DNA of 64,000 nucleotides from an uncultured bacterium. GTDB taxonomy: Bacteria; Pseudomonadota; Gammaproteobacteria; Burkholderiales; CAIKXV01. The stretch lies in the NCBI GenBank assembly GCA_903873475.1, contig CAIQON010000108.1:1064-65063 (forward strand), given 5' to 3'. This document shows positions 62,348 to 64,000 of the stretch, one piece after another. Each line of letters starts with the position of its first letter. The first letter of the stretch is position 1. The notes under the pieces are model-generated. The model saw nothing but the letters and a program-made list of their open reading frames with translations, was not told the origin of the DNA and searched no databases. Made by a program: the position numbers and the translations under genes.

Positions 62348-64000
62348 TCAGCCCGCACGCGGGTCTTTGGCCCAGTCGATGCGCGGGGAGGCCTGCAGCG
62401 CGTGCCGGATGTCCACGGTATCGACGGTGACCGGCAAGCCTCTGGTTCCGTCCATCCAATGGCCCGCGGTCGATTCGATGGCGCCCGGCGCAAGCCCGGG
62501 CGCAGCCATCCCGGGACGGACTTGCCGACGGCGCTCCAGCATGACACGGCCGTCAGCCGTGAACCAGACACCCTTGCTGCCCGCGCCAAGCACTTGCGCT
62601 CCCAACAGCCCGGCGAGCGCGAGTTCATGCGACTGCTCATCCCGCACCGGAGCCACCTCTCGCCCGACGCTCGACCAGTCGACACGCACGGCCGGGCCGG
62701 ATTCCGGCAGTGAACGCAAGAAGGCTGCAATCTCGGCGGATTCTGTCAGTGCCGCGGCGTCGGCTGGCGACGGGCTGCCAGCTGCCTCGCCGGCCGGTTG
62801 CTGCACGCCCCCCTCGGGTGGCACCCCGCCCGGCGGCGACGACGACGGCGACGGCGGCGGAGTCGTGGGTGCCTGGTCCGGTCCCATGGTGGACGCGGCC
62901 GGAGGCGCACTGTCCGCGCCGAACCGTGGCGCATCGGAGAACTGGAAGCCGAGGATCGTGGGCATCACCGCCGTCGATGACCCGTCAGTCGCATACAGGC
63001 GGCGCGTATCGCTCGCCGCGTCTCCGATCAGGATGTCGGCCGGTCGAGAGACGTTGGGCATTTCCCGGACGATGTTCTCGACGCGCTCGATGAACTCATC
63101 TTCGTTCGAATCCGCGGGCAGGTCGGCACCCGCCCCGTGGAAACGGATCACCTGCTCCACGCGGCTATCGGGCTTGAAGTACACCACCAGATAGTCGCCG
63201 GCCATGATGTCGAAATCCAGGTTCCCGTACAGCAGGTCGTCGTCAGGACCGCCGATGACCACGTTGTAGCCACCGCCCCCCGACACGACATCCTGAGAGC
63301 CGATGGTCATGTCGATGGACTCGACCTGGGACGGACGCGCACCGGTCGGGAAGTAGAACACACGGCCGCTGTCGCCGATGACCAGGTCATCATCGCCTTC
63401 GCCCCAGAGACGATCGCTTTCGTAGCCACCGATCAGGATGTCGTTGCCGTCGCCTGCGAACACCACGTCGCGGCCGCCCAGTCGCGGGAAGGACGACGAG
63501 ACGAGCTGCGGGTCTCCGGACACGCCATTGAAGGTCGCAAACGCATTGTCACCGACGATCACGTCGCGCCCTGCACCGGTGACGACCGAATCGTCGCCCA
63601 TGCCACCGAAGACGAGCGAATCGCCGCCGGCGGCGCTGATACGATCGTCTCCGCCGTACCCGATCTCGGTGGTCTCCACGAACTGGAGGATGCCCGACCC
63701 GCTGTAGTCGAGGAAGCCGTTGTCGGCCAGCACGACGTGCGTTCCCGTGCCCAGGCGCACCTCGTCGCTTCCGATACCGGCGACGACGGTCTTCGAGCCA
63801 TCGCCCGCGACGATGATGTCGTCACCACCCTCGAGCCTCACCGTGCTGGTGATGGCATCGAGGAAGCGGCCAGTCGGATCCCGCAGGATGATGCCGTTGT
63901 CGCCGAGGATCACATCGGATCCGCTGGAGGTCGTGACGCGATCGGCACCCATGCCCGTGGCGATCAGGTTTTCACCGTTCCCGGCGAAAACGATGTCATC
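62348..64000 (-). CDS. Large repeat protein, RTX/Ca-binding-like Gly-Asp repeats, Pro-rich linker and C-terminal domain; 5' end outside window
   Basis: The frame is open to nt 64000 (...DDIVFAGNGENLIATG precedes the track Met). Many degenerate G-x-G-x-D/GDD-I-x-G units (GGDDIIVAGDGSKTVVAGIGSDEV..., GGMGDDSVVTGAGRDVIVGDN..., GDGNDILIGGYESDRLWGEGDDDLVIGD...). PTTPPPSPSSSPPGGVPPEGG linker, then a ~170-aa non-repeat tail. Confidence 0.7.
   Translation of the reverse strand, partial: DDIVFAGNGENLIATGMGADRVTTSSGSDVILGDNGIILRDPTGRFLDAITSTVRLEGGDDIIVAGDGSKTVVAGIGSDEVRLGTGTHVVLADNGFLDYSGSGILQFVETTEIGYGGDDRISAAGGDSLVFGGMGDDSVVTGAGRDVIVGDNAFATFNGVSGDPQLVSSSFPRLGGRDVVFAGDGNDILIGGYESDRLWGEGDDDLVIGDSGRVFYFPTGARPSQVESIDMTIGSQDVVSGGGGYNVVIGGPDDDLLYGNLDFDIMAGDYLVVYFKPDSRVEQVIRFHGAGADLPADSNEDEFIERVENIVREMPNVSRPADILIGDAASDTRRLYATDGSSTAVMPTILGFQFSDAPRFGADSAPPAASTMGPDQAPTTPPPSPSSSPPGGVPPEGGVQQPAGEAAGSPSPADAAALTESAEIAAFLRSLPESGPAVRVDWSSVGREVAPVRDEQSHELALAGLLGAQVLGAGSKGVWFTADGRVMLERRRQVRPGMAAPGLAPGAIESTAGHWMDGTRGLPVTVDTVDIRHALQASPRIDWAKDPRAG

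Noticed and set aside
53635-64000. Calling the cluster a classical type I secretion system
   Set aside because: MFP-like domains and an RTX-like protein are present. However, no ABC transporter with or without a C39 domain and no TolC-like gene are visible in the window. The call would be unsupported.

Overview
High-GC proteobacterial chromosomal segment. The gene content looks betaproteobacterial (Bordetella/Achromobacter/Cupriavidus/Variovorax-like), but that is an inference from content, not a database hit. About 53 kb (1-53600) is a dense catabolic mosaic. It holds 12 Bug/TctC-family periplasmic solute-binding genes (two frameshifted) interleaved with amidases, amidohydrolases, MmgE/PrpD proteins, five paralogous alpha/beta hydrolases, MaoC hydratases, CoA-transferases and an aconitase-type LeuD/LeuC pair. 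It also holds a biotin-dependent carboxylase operon linked to a thiolase-like/DUF35 pair. I found no tRNA, rRNA, CRISPR, transposase or integrase, and no recognisable transcription-factor gene. The last ~10 kb (53635-64000, minus strand) is different, and is my candidate for an undescribed system. It is a tightly packed co-directional cluster encoding an RTX-like repeat protein (5' end outside the window), a DUF3467-like small protein and a GAF-TM-HlyD fusion. These are followed by a PqqD/RRE-like-M50 (site-2 protease)-HlyD fusion, a C-terminally truncated SecA-like ATPase, a short secreted membrane-fusion protein, an unknown 264-aa protein and a P-loop kinase. No ABC transporter, TolC-like or SecYEG gene is visible. 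All family calls come from motifs read by eye in the translations; no searches were run. Many long ORFs in the track are antisense or out-of-frame shadows typical of high-GC DNA and were rejected.
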